Both the position numbers and the translations under genes were made by a program. This document shows, one piece after another, positions 51,973 through 64,000 of a stretch of DNA of 64,000 nt. Positions within the stretch are counted from its first letter, which is position 1. Every line of letters starts with the position of its first letter. Source of the DNA: Felis catus (Eukaryota); NCBI RefSeq assembly GCF_018350175.1, contig NC_058368.1, forward strand, positions 203,548,001-203,612,000, read 5' to 3'. Under the pieces are notes generated by a model that was given only the letters and a program-made list of their open reading frames with translations, was not told the DNA's origin and searched no databases.

Positions 51973-54760
51973 ATTTAATGTTTGCTACCACTCTTCAGTC
52001 ATAAAGTGAGAGGTATGGGCTAGCAATCATTTATGCTAATATCCTCAGAATAATGAAAAGTTAAACTATCACACTGGCAAAAGACAATGCCTATTGCCAT
52101 CATTATAAAGAAACAATTAACTGTGTCCTGGAATTAACTGCTTCTTAGGGCCTGCATAGGGCCATGTTCTTAAACTTTCAAACTTTTATTATGTCTCATA
52201 ATATTTTGTTACCAGGTCAGTGCTGTGTGTTTTTTTAATAGTTAAAGGAAAGTATCAAGAAGCTAAAAAAGATAGGCACTTTATGGGTACAAGGGTAGAT
52301 TTCAAAGGTTTATGACTCTCACTCAAGTTTATACCTCTTAGGCAATTATTGTAGGGATGGGGAGAGAAGCAAGCCCAAGGAATGTTATTCCTGTCCTTTG
52401 GGCTACTTTCATTCCACCTTCCAAATTCTGTGTCGATGCATACTCCCACTTTTTCCCTCCACCCGCTATTTCAGCTTTTATATATTCCTCTCTTCTTTAC
52501 TGCTACTCCTCCTTAACTGTCTAAAGTAGCAAATGCATGTGAAGTGGAAGAATTCATGGTCACTTTGGCGATAGTGGCAACTGGTAAGTGGAAAAAATAA
52601 TGACTATATTCTAAAATTCTTCATTCCTAGTCTTCCATAAATTCCAGTTTCTTACCACTTGCTGTTCCATTAACCAAATAGTGAAGAAAGAAATTTAAAG
52701 TTAAGGGAAATGAATAAGGTTTCACTTGGCTTAAAGAGGTATCTAAGAATGGAGACCTAAGTCTTCAGAGGCAAGAGATGGGTGTTGATAGGAGCATAAA
52801 AAGAATGGGGACAGATGGCCTGGAATGGTAGTCCTTTGTTCAAGATAATAAAGAGCCTGAAGAAGGGGGAGAATTCAGTCAAACGTGAGAAGGTGAGAAG
52901 CTGAAGAGCAAAGAGCAGAAAGCAAGATGTTAAAGATAGGGGTCAAATGGCGAGAGGAAAACTTTAAGATAAGAGGACACCATTCAAAGGATCTCAAAGT
53001 GGAAAACGAAGAAGTAAGTGGAAATTTCTCAGCATGGGCCTAATAGGTCACTGGTTCTTATACGGTGTGTTGATAGGAGGTTATCACTGCATTTCAGATA
53101 ATCAACAAATACACAACATGAGAAATTCTCTTGCTAGGACAGAACATAGCTCATTCATAAAAGAAGGATAATTTCTCTTACCGGATGCTTTCTACTACAT
53201 TTTAATTTTTACTTTTTTTTCTATTTTCTTCAACCCTATGTTTCTTTAATATATTTTAAGAATGGTATTATCATCTCTCCATTTAAAAGTTAAACATCAA
53301 TTAGATTATGATATGTGTAACATGTTTGAGGTGTGGGTTAATTTACACTCGTTTGTGTTACTGAATTCTAAACCGATTTAACTATTCTGATCATCATGTT
53401 GCAACACTTAGAACCTAAGATGTACTGACTTCAGATAAAAATAGGTAAATAAAATTTTTAAATGTTCTTGGATTTAACCTCTCCTTTGAGACAGATTCAA
53501 TATTTTAGAAATTTTCAAAAAATACCCTCTTTAAATCATATTCATTGTTTGCTTTGATCACTTTTAGAAAGGAAAACAATAAAAGGGAAAGCACTTTTTA
53601 TAATTAAATATACTTGGTGCTAAATGACCAGGAAATTCGATTCATTGATTTGGCTTTACATGAAGCTCTACCCACATTCTAACTGACATTTGTAACCCAC
53701 CTTTTAAATTCATTATTAAGTAGCTGGTTAGATAATCTCAATCTCAAACTATAAAAATACAGTTTGCTATTCTAAATCAATTTTCCACCTCATGACATTC
53801 CTCACTGAAAAACAAGATGTCTTTATTATTTGTCTTTGATACTTCAAACAGAACACATATATCGCAAAGGCCCAGTGAAAATTAATAAGAGTACTTTAAC
53901 TCAGCTGTTGGGACATTTCTGATAAAGTTTACCTTGGAAATCAAAACTAGGAGGAGCTTCTGTTACAATTTAGTCTCTTCATAATAAATGTTTCTTTGAA
54001 CTTGTGCCCCCGTGTAGTGAGGGAAGGCACGGGGAAGCTTTGCTGATCTTTTAAACACACGTAGAGAGCCAATCATGTCGGACAGGTGCTTTTGTCAACC
54101 TGGATGGTATCTGTGCCCATCTTCCTATGGAGATGTGGCATTGATCTTCTCTCAAAGGTGAACAGGAGCTCCATCACTTCAGGAACTCTAGAAGACCTAC
54201 ACAGAGCTTCAAAATTTCTATGTCTTCTAGCATCTCTCTGCTTTATTATTATGTCATCTTTTCTGAAAATTTTGCACTCAGAAGAAAAAAAAAACATTCA
54301 AAATACTGGGTGTGGAAAATACAGAAGATTAAAAAGAAAAAGGAAAATCACCAATAAAGTGATCATTCAGAAATAATCACGATTATTTTAGATTATCTTC
54401 CTCCTTTCTGATAATTATATGTGATATATAAGATATGTGCTGAATTGTAGCTTTTATAGGATGGCGATCATACAGCATCATACTGAAAGCTTATATTATT
54501 ATCAAATCGTCCTATCACTAAATAATGTTATTTTAACATTTTTCTAACATGTTTTATATGATTGCCAGTGGAAATATAATAATATGACAATAATAATTTC
54601 ATGTGTACATTTAGTTGGATATTTAGATTGTTTTCCATTTGTTGGTATTACATGTAATGATCTCAATTTACTTTTTAATATATAAATCTGTTTTTTCCAT
54701 TCCTAACTTTTTTTTGCACAGATTTATAAAAGTGAAGTTATTTGGTTAAAGGGTTTAACA

Positions 54761-54988
54761 GTTTTTTAAAAAAAAAAATTTTTAATGTTTACTTATTTTT
54801 GAGACATACACAGAGAGACACAGAGCACGAGCAGGGGAGGGGCAGAGACAGAGAGGGAGACGCAGAATCCAAAGCAGTGCTGAGAGCTCAGAGCCCGATG
54901 TGGGGCTCGAACTCACAAACCATGATATCATGACCTGGGCTGAAATTGAGAGTCAGACACTTCACTTACTCAGCCACCCAAGTGACCT
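54761..54988 (-). mobile_element. Can-SINE, older subfamily
   Basis: TTTTTAATGTTTACTTATTTTTGAGA...GGGGCTCGAACTCAC...CAGCCACCCAAGTGACC. Confidence 0.9.
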
Positions 54989-56530
54989 CTTGCTGAATTT
55001 TAGTTCTTCTTTTTCATTGATTTATGTGAGCTCTTAATGGACTGGGGTTAGTTTCCTTGTCAGATTTGTGGTAGAAATGTTCTCTTTTATAACATTTTGG
55101 TTTATTATGTACTTTGATGTAGAGAATCATTAATTTTTTATATTCAAACATATCATTTTCACTTTGAGAGTATGTCCTTGTATTTTATTTTTTTCTCATG
55201 CCCCAGACCACATTATTTCTCTATATTTTTATGTCTGATTACATGATAGCATTGCTTTTGAAAGTGAATGCTTTCATTAACTCAGAGAGTGTAATATTGA
55301 TTTGAGGACAGGATCTAATCACTCCCCACCCCTCATTTTTTGCCCAGATAGGTAATTGCTCAGCATCCTATACTGAATCTTCTCATTTTTCATGCTACCT
55401 GAATCTTAAACTCTATTTGACATGCTAATCATTTATTATTTCTTTACATTGTGTTTAACTCTAAATTAAGAAAGCATGTAAAGAAAAGGATAAAACAAAG
55501 GTAAAATTAAGCAAAGAAAAAATAATAATTGAAATTGTATATGGAGTCAATAATAACACAAATTTTTTACCTTCCATCATAATTATTCAAGGAATGGGCC
55601 ATAAATAGCATACCTTAGGCTTTTAAGCATCTAGTGAGAATAGACAAGTGTAGTGTGTTGCAGGATTCAAGACTCATAAGTATAAAAAACTAACGCTCTT
55701 AAAAATTACAAATTACCTGCTCAATGAAACTATAATGAAGAACACCAGAATGTGGTAAAATATATTCTTTGTTTTTGTAACAAACAGAGCAACATTTTTA
55801 CTAACAGGCTATTTTCAAGCCCATGGCTTTGACTTTCTGGTAAGTTTAATTTCACTACAGTTTTAAAACTCGTAACTGTAAGAACAGAATCCATATCCTT
55901 CAACGTTTTTCATACCACTACACAATTTTTTAAAGATACTGTGCAGCCACAAATTCAGAAATATTCAAGCTGAGAAGGTCCCTGAAGTGCCTCGAAGGCA
56001 TGCAAACAGTTGAGGGCAGGAGGACGATGAGCAATTCGAAGAGTTAGGCTAGAAAGGACATCTGCATGAGCCAGCCGAGAAGTGATAAAAGGTCATGTCT
56101 TATGTCTAACAGAAGTCCACACTCCCTCTGCTTGAAGGAAATGTTTATATGTAGGATAACCAGTGTCCCAGCTGTCTATTCCACCCATCAGTCTTTGTGC
56201 CACTGTCGCATTGTTGAAATTCTTATACCTGTATAACACATTTTATGAGCAGGTAGAAAATGTGTGCCTCAAAATTATGTATTTTTAATGGTGAAATTTT
56301 GCTATTCTTAACTATTTTTCTCAATGAAAGATAAGACCCCTTTACCAAGTGAAAACATTAAAATTGAATCAAGCACATAATAAATGAAAAACTGAAATGC
56401 TTATAATATTCGTAATTCTTTATACTCCCCTTCTTTTATATCTCAACATTGCATAAGTTTTTCCCATAGGCCATGCTTATTTTGTTCATGATTATTTCTT
56501 ATTTTTTATTTCTTATGATTTATAAAGGGA

Positions 56531-56760
56531 TTTTTTAAAAGATTGTTTTAACGTTTTTATTTATTGTGGGAGAGACAGCAAGAGCACACATGTGAGCGAG
56601 GGAGGGGCAGAAAGAGAAGCGAGAGAGAGAGAATACAAGCAGGCCCTGTGCTGCCAGCACAGAGCCCAGTGCAGGGCTCGAACTCACAAACCATGAGATC
56701 ATGACCTGAGCTGAGATCAAGAGTGGGGATGCTTAACTGACTGATCTACCCAGGCGCCCC
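56531..56760 (-). mobile_element. Can-SINE
   Basis: Ends CCCAGGCGCCCC; AGGGATT on both flanks. Confidence 0.92.
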
Positions 56761-59700
56761 ACAGGGATTATTTCCAAATAGTAGTTAGCATATAGAAAAA
56801 CTATTAATTTTAAATATCTTTGTATTGAACCAACTTAAAGAACTGTTAAGGTTTCCAGATTATTCTGATGTTGTAGTTAGATAATCCTATCACCCAAAGG
56901 TAATGATAGTATGGCTTCCTCTTTTCAATACTTATCCTTCTAATTTCTATTTAATGTTGTATTTCATTGACCTGAACTTCTTGGTTAATATTAAATACTG
57001 GCTGTGGCAGAGGGTGTAGTTACCTGGTATTACACTATGTTTGAATTGCTGGATAAATCTCACTTGATCATAATGTCATCTTTCTATAGTGTATTAATGA
57101 ATTTGATTAATTAGTATTTTATTTAAGATGGAACGGAGCTTTCTCTTTGTGTTATCTTTATCATATTTCAGGGTCAGTTGTATGCTTTTTCTTCTCAAAA
57201 GCAAAATGGGATCATTAATATAGCATGGGATTCCCTGGTTTTGAAAATTAAATAACATTCATAATAACAACCATTAGATCCATTGTTAGGATTGGAGAAA
57301 CTGTTATAATAGTAGAAGTAGTAAACGTGGTATTCTATCTTAAAATAGATTCTTTTCTTACTTTGAGTCAGGTGATGAAGAACATAGGTTATAAGGATAT
57401 TTGAAGGTCACCCCTGGTGTTCAAGTCATTATTGTTATTAACATTCACTAATTATATTCTGATATTTTTAATATTCAAGAATATAAAGTTATAGGGTTTA
57501 TTAAATCGGGTGTGCATATGTAATACAGTATATTCTACAGTTTGTTTACAGAATTATTTTTTCCATTTTTACAATCTGGATTTTTCCAACACGTACAGTT
57601 AACAGGGAGGAAAACAGTAAATTAAAGCTTGATATATAGGCAAAGTCTAGGCATATAGTTTAACTACTCTGTGAATCAGTACAAAGGATTTGTTTTCCAT
57701 GATTAGCTTCCATGTATTAAAGAGTACATTGATTTCCATTAATGATGCTCAAGTTGTAAATCAGCATATAATTTAGCATGCCAAAAGTTGTATTTGGCAT
57801 GTAGCTTTGGGATCATAAAATCTGAATGTTTCCACCCAGGAGAATTCCCAAGAAGACTTCTGTTTAAATTTTCTTTTGCTAAAGTGTACTTAATATGAAA
57901 GGTTTTTTATTATATACCAAGATATATACTAAGCAGAAAATTAGCTGTGAACACGACTGAAGGTACAGCCCAAACTGAAGATTTTCAATTATCAAAATTG
58001 TCAACATTTCTTGATACAAAAACAAATCTGGAGACTTTTCCAATATATCAGTGTTTGCTTAAGGGAAGGTGGAATAGGTCATTCTCATGATGATGCATGA
58101 GTGTCTCTTGGTGAGCAACCATTGTGGATGATCATTGTTTTTTTGTGACCCACATATTCCCGCCTGTAGGCATAAGTCCTTCTAACTAGTAGTTAGAAAA
58201 ATACAATCTATTCCAATCTTTAACTTATTCTCTTGCTGTTATTCACCCTTCTTCATGTTGAAGCTAAATTCTGAGTCTGGCACTATGTAAAAAGAGATTA
58301 GGCTACATGCAATAGCAGATCTTTAAAAAATCATATAACATTACCAGGGAAAACGTTCAAATGAGAATGACTAGGAAGAGAGACATTTTCTTACACTCAG
58401 TTATTACCCCTCAGCATTTATGATCAGTTTCCACTGAGCCTTCCTGAGGTTGATTCATGACCAGTAAATTTGTTTTCCAGATGATTGAACCTCTTAGACA
58501 TCAGCTTTCTTGTTCTCCTGTCATTAACCATCTCAGGTAGAAGCTACTTTGCATAGCATCATTTTTCTAGAGCTAGTAGAAAGAACATTAGGTTGAGGTT
58601 GAAAAAACATGGACTAACCACTACTGTATAAAGTGAGATAATTCCTTTAACTACTGTGTACATCTAGTCTGTCCAATCCAAATTACTGATACTCTTTAAT
58701 ATTACCTCTATAAGCATTGCTACTGATAAGCTTCTAAGGCATTTCTGAATGTAGTTTTTGTGTGAAGTGACTATATTCCCCTTCGTAGCTGGGATGAGAA
58801 TGTGGCAAGCATTTCTTTTCAGTGAATTGGGAGAAAATTTATGTTGGTATTGGGTTTCAAGAAATCTTTGCAGAAGATGCCTAGGAATCTTCAAAACACA
58901 CTTAAGGAAAGGGCTAGAAGAAACAGTATTTTTCAAAGGAATTCTCATTCTAGAGTGCAGGGATAATATGGCAAAATGGGAGAAGATAGCCTAGAATAAT
59001 GGACATGATGATAGGGAGCTTGTATCCTCATTCAGAATCATGATATGGGGCATCACAAAGTTTCAAGACCAAGGCTACTGGAAGCATAATGCTAGGAAGA
59101 TAAATTTGGAGAAACACTTAGTGTGAGGGAGTGGTGCCCTTGCTAGCTGTAGGAGCAAAAGAAGTGATAATCACCTTTTTGTACCATGAGACCATTTGCT
59201 TCTGAAAAGAGAGTGAGGCCCAGAAGAGGTAGTGGAAGAGAATGAATGCTCTCATGAAGGAGAAGGAAGCCAGATCTAAAAACAGATGAGAGGGTCAGGC
59301 TCTGCCTTCTCTCCTCCTGCCAGCTCCTCCCTCTTCCTACAGTCAACTCCCCTCACATAAAATACAAATGTAGAGATAGTGGGATCCAGACACACATCAT
59401 TTATTATTCAAACTGGCAGTCTCAGCATCATCTCCCTCCAATGCACTACAGAAGTGGTTACTGAGAATATGGAAACAAATCACACACAGGAAAAGGATTC
59501 ACTTCATCTGTTGTCAACTGGATTTAACATTTTGAAAACCAATGAAATGCAACATAATCTAGCAGTTAAGAGCCTACACATCTGATGTCTCATAAGAGAT
59601 GGGATCTTAACTCTGAGCTTTTTCAACTTCAGCTTCCATATGCATATAATGGGGCCATCAAGGTGAGGACCACAGTGTGCTTAGCCTAGGGTCAAGTACA

Positions 59701-60597
59701 TGGTGATATCCCATACACTGGAGTGATTATTAATCTCCTACAAGCTTCATTACACTTTATCATAGTTAATGTTAATTTTCTCTCTTCCCCTCTGTGAAAT
59801 GACAAAATACCACTGTTGTCTTCCTTGGGTAGGTCTACACCCAGCACAGTGCTTTGAACAGATATAATGTTTTGCTGCTAAACTTAGACTGCTCTTCTGT
59901 CTGAAAAGAAATCCCACGATGCCAAGAGTTGAGTGCATCTGGACATATGTACTCATTGTTCCCATCAACACAGCTTCCTTCTGCAATAAATTACACAAAT
60001 ATGGAGAATATTTTCTGTCTAGACTGATTCCAATGTGTTTGTCCATAATTATAGAATTGTTTTCTATATTTAGGTTCAATTAGTTCTAATTTTTTGGTAG
60101 GCCTGTTAATTAAAATTTACTAAAATACAATACAACATTAGAGGGGCCCTAAGTCCTAATGCATATACTGTCATATGAAGCCTAGACTTAGAAACTTTCT
60201 AGAGATAGCCACTGAACGAGAGCAATGTGGCTTTTTGCCAAATGAGTCCTTTTAATCTGGTGCACTTATTTCCCTCTCCTGCTCCTTCTCCTGCTTCTCT
60301 TCTTATACTTCTCCCTCCTCCTCCTTTTTTTCTCCTTCCTTTTCATCTTTTACTAACTAGAAACTTATTTCTCAGCACATGCTGAATGGGTTTCCTTCCT
60401 TACTTGGACCAATTTTGTGCCAAAGAACACTAATCATTTAAACTCTTGCTAGTCAAACTCTTGCTGGTTCTAGGACCAGAAGCAATGAAATTGCCTGGGA
60501 ATTTGTAATGCAGAAGCTGAGACCCCCACCTCATGTGATGAGTTTGAGAAGCCTTACCTTAACCTATTTTGTGGGGGATCTAGGGAAGATATGGTTT

Positions 60598-60616
60598 CAC
60601 CCACTAGAGGGCAGTA
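60598..60616 (+). promoter_or_regulatory. Candidate CTCF binding site
   Basis: CAC CCACTAGAGGGCAGTA is an exact match to the core CCASYAGRKGGCR. Confidence 0.65.
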
Positions 60617-60854
60617 GGACGTGTGCACCACTGAGCACCACATTTATTTCCCAAGTATGATTAAAAGTTCTTTTAAGAATCACCTGCAGTTGCCACAGGG
60701 ATAGTATACTTAGTTCCTTTAAAGGAAAAAACCACAAAGTCAAACCAGGTTACATAGAGAAATTCAACATGTGAGATTAATGAAAAAAGCAGTTCCATGG
60801 CACTAGCATAGTATAAAGTCAGGTGCCAAATCCTAAATTGTATTTTTGGCTCTT

Positions 60855-61025
60855 GTTCGAAGATCACAGAATTATAAAGCTGGAAAAGACTTTGATAATC
60901 ACCTCTGGGGCAACCTCTTTACTTTACAGATGATGAAGGAGACTCTGAGAGGTTAATTGGCTCTTCCAAATTCATATACTCACTATCTGCCAAGCCAAAG
61001 CTGGAACTACTATCAACAGACTCCC
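60855..61025 (-). mobile_element. MIR/MIR3 fragment
   Basis: TCACAGAATTATAAAGCTGGAAAAGACTTTGATAATCACCT...TTACAGATGATGAAGGAGACTCTGAGAGGTTAA. Confidence 0.7.
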
Positions 61026-61174
61026 TACCAAGAGTAAAAAGTTTTTAACAAAACACTAAACATATCTCTGTAGTATTCCATGGTAAAATGGAGTTCATTT
61101 TTATGCTTTACACATATGGTGGGTTTAACACTATTAGTTCTTGTTTCTTAAGAGGGAAGACAGAAAGGGAAGCA

Positions 61175-61175
<1 letters not shown>

Positions 61176-61221
<46 letters not shown>
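61176..61221. repeat. (TG)n microsatellite
   Basis: Direct reading. Confidence 0.95.
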
Positions 61222-61223
<2 letters not shown>

Positions 61224-61838
61224 CCCTTCAGCTATTTACATGCAACCGCACTACCATCAGAAACAAAGTAGATGTCTGCAGCTCCAGACCCAAAGTGTCC
61301 ACATGTAAATATCAACCAATCATTAGGTATTGAGTAACCATAATATTCATGGCACTGTTTCACATTCCTTTTAGCATGATGCTAGCATGGTTTCTGCTCT
61401 TGGTGGTCTTTGGTTTTGTGTGTTATAATAGCTTGGCTGGTAACTGTTTTTAATTCTCAGTCCCATATGGTTTTTTGCATGCAAAATGGGATCAACAACA
61501 TTGTGTCAGACCCAAAGATACAGAAGATGATGAAAACTGAACTGGTAGATCCTCATTCATCTAAGAAGCTGGCGAGGCTTTACAGAGAAAGGAATCCTAA
61601 TTGCACATACAACACCCTCAGTACAACTTGCTCACATGTCTTCAAAATGACCTTTTAAAGAATGTTTTAAATGTCAGTGCTTTTTTAGAAAACATTGAAC
61701 CAAACATGGAAATCGCATGAGAAAAAATTCGGAGTCTCCAATTAAAGGAACAAAGCTACATTTTCAATTCCCTCTTCCCTTTTCTCTTATCAATGCAATT
61801 ATTTAAGAAAAACTAAAGTTATGTAAAGTTAGCAGACA

Positions 61839-63464
61839 CATTCCATTGGTTGCCTTTTAGTTTTGTTGATTGTTTCCTTTGCAGTGCAGAAGCTTTTTAT
61901 CTTCATGAGGTCCCAATAGTTCATTTTTGCTTTTAATTCCTTGCCTTTGGAGATGTCTCAAGTAAGAAATTGCTGAGGCTGAGGTCAGAGAGGTTTTTCC
62001 CTGTTTTCTCCTCTAGGGTTTTGATGGTTTCTTATCTCACATTCGGGTCCTTCATCCATTTTGAATTTATTTTTGTGAATGGTGTAAGAAAGTGGTCTAG
62101 TTTCATTCTTCTGTATGTTGCTGTCCAGTTCTCCCAGCACCATTTGTTAAAGAGACTGTCTTTTTTTTCCATTGGATATTCTTTCCTGCTTTGTCAAAGA
62201 TTAGTTGGCCATACTTTTGTGGGTCCAATTCTGGAGTCTCTGTTCTATTCCATTGGTCTATATGTCTGTTTTTGTGCCAATACCATGTTGTCTTGATGAT
62301 TACAGCTTTGTAGTAGAGGTTAAGTCTGGGATTGTGATGCCTCCTGCTTTGGTCTTCTTCTTCAATACTACTACTTTGGCTATTATGGGTCTTTTGTGGT
62401 TCCGTATAAATTTTAGGATTGCTTGTTCTAGCTTTGAGAAGAATGCTGGTGCAATTTTGATTGGGATTGCACTGAATGTGTAGATTGCTTTGGGTAGTAT
62501 TGACTTTATGACATATCAGGCAAAGGGCTAGTATCCAAAATATGTAAAGAACTCACCAAACTCCACACCCAAAAAACAAATAATCCGGTGAAGAGATGGG
62601 CAGAAGACATGAATAGACACTTCTCTGAAGAAGACATCCAGATGGCCAATAGGCAATGAAAAGATGCTCAACATCACTCCTCATCAGGGAAATACAAATC
62701 CAAACCACACTGAGATATCACCTCATGCCAGTCAGAGTGGCTAAAATGAACAAATCAGGAGACTATAGATGCTGGGAGGGATGTGGAGAAACGGGAACTC
62801 TCTTGCACTGTTGGTGGGAATGCAAACTGGTGCAGCCACTCTGGAAAACAGTGTGGAGGCTCCTCAAAACAGAGTTCGCTCTGGAAAGCAGTGTGGAAGT
62901 TCCTCAAAAAATTAAAAATATATCTACCCTATGACCCAGCAATAGCACCACTAGGAATTTACCCAAGGGATACAGGAGTGCTGATGCATAGGGGCACTTG
63001 TACCCCCAATGTTTATAGCAGCACTTTCAACAATAGCCAAATTATGGAAAGAGCCTAAATGTCCATCAACTGATGAATGGATAAAGAAGTTGTGGTTTAT
63101 ATATGGAATGGACTACTACTTGGCAATGAGAAAGAATGAAATATGGCCTTTTGTAGCAACGTGAATGGAACCGGAGAGTGTTATGCTAAGTGAAATAAGT
63201 CATACAGAGAAAGACAGATACCATATGTTTTCACTCTTAGGTGGATCCTGAGAAACTTAACAGAAGACCACGGGGGAGAGGAAGGGAGAAAAAAAAGTTA
63301 CAGAGAGGGAAGGAGGCAAACCATGAGAGACTCTTAAAAACTGAGAATAAACTGAGGGTGGAAGGGAGGGGAAAGTGGGTGATGGGTATTGAGGAGGGCA
63401 CCTGTTGGGATGAGCACTGGGTGTTGTATGGAAACCAATTTGACAATAAATTTCATATTAAAAA
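61839..63464 (+). mobile_element. Feline L1, 5'-truncated with 5' inversion (61839-~62504 antisense ORF2; ~62508-63464 sense ORF2 end + 3' UTR)
   Basis: 14-bp TSD AAAGTTAGCAGACA at 61825-61838 and 63465-63478. Sense part translates to L1 ORF2 C-terminal peptide ([23 protein letters not shown]...[17 protein letters not shown]). Confidence 0.95.
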
Positions 63465-63822
63465 AAAGTTAGCAGACATAAGCATTTGGATATTGATGGC
63501 TATAATGCAAGCAGATTCCTAGAGTCTCAGTTATTGAGCAAACCTCCAAGATAAAAAAAAAAATATGGTGAAACAACATCTGAGTGGGGAGACCCCAGCA
63601 ACAAAGAAGCTCCAAAATTAGTGCATATGTTTCTTAAAGAAGTATCTAATCTTGCTTAATTTCTATGTTGACAAAAAATTTCAATCCAGCTCCCAAATAA
63701 ATTTTTCCAAGTTACTTCCCATGTACCACCTCTCTTTTAACTTTTATCCTGTGCAAATGATGTCATAACCAATGGTAATAATTTTACCGGTTGTAACTGT
63801 TTATAGTGTTAGCCACAAAATC

Positions 63823-64000
63823 TTTTTTTTAATTTTTTTTATTTTTAAGTTTATTTATTTGACAGAGACACCGAGAGAGAGACAGAGAGAACAAGTGAAC
63901 ACGGAGTGGCAGAGAGAGAGAAGGAGAGAGAGAATCCCAAGCAGGCTCTGCACTGTCAGCACAGAGCCTGATGTAAGCCTCGAACTCATGAACCAAGAGA
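63823..64000 (-). mobile_element. Can-SINE, cut by the window end
   Basis: T tail, (GA)n, GAATCCCAAGCAGGCTCTGCACTGTCAGCACAGAGCCTG...CTCGAACTCATGAACC. Confidence 0.9.

Larger units (their letters stand above)
54350..57260 (-). mobile_element. Patchy ancient L1 (L1M-type) remnants, interrupted by two Can-SINEs
   Basis: T-rich antisense L1-like text, clearest at 56770-57020 (TATAGAAAAACTATTAATTTT...ATAATCCTATCACC...TTCCTCTTTTCAATACTTAT). Boundaries approximate. Confidence 0.5.

Noticed and set aside
57777..57801. 9-bp inverted repeat CATGCCAAA/TTTGGCATG (and a 7-bp one at 54007-54034)
   Set aside because: Short enough to be expected by chance in 64 kb; no supporting context.
61970..63522. ORF cluster near the window end
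   Set aside because: Frameshifted L1 ORF2/3' UTR pieces and their antisense; no intact protein.

Overview
Mammalian genomic DNA, almost certainly from a felid (cat-type Can-SINEs, carnivore L1 3' ends). The window holds the 5' end of FGF10 on the + strand: a GC/CpG-rich promoter and 5' leader (~1.9-3.95 kb), coding exon 1 (ATG 3211 to the splice donor after 3580), and about 60 kb of intron 1. I did not recognise exon 2 in the window. The intron carries 22 Can-SINEs (many with readable target-site duplications, TSDs), a complete two-LTR MLT1 (MaLR) element, a solo MLT1A-like LTR, three carnivore L1 3' fragments (one with a twin-priming 5' inversion), old L1/L2/MIR/MER relics and microsatellites. 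Two MADE2-like MITEs are present, one upstream of the gene and one intronic. No prokaryote-type system, CRISPR array or second protein-coding gene is supported. The most interesting signals cluster at exon 1. A (TCN)21 poly-Ser expansion is also a 26-residue poly-Leu segment in an overlapping 104-aa reading frame that starts at a better-context ATG 8 nt after the FGF10 start. There are also several uORFs (one overlapping the start codon), a strong-context internal Met after the signal peptide, and a candidate poison-exon acceptor about 1 kb into the intron. Repeat family names and human comparisons come from recall, not from a search. All functional proposals are inferences.
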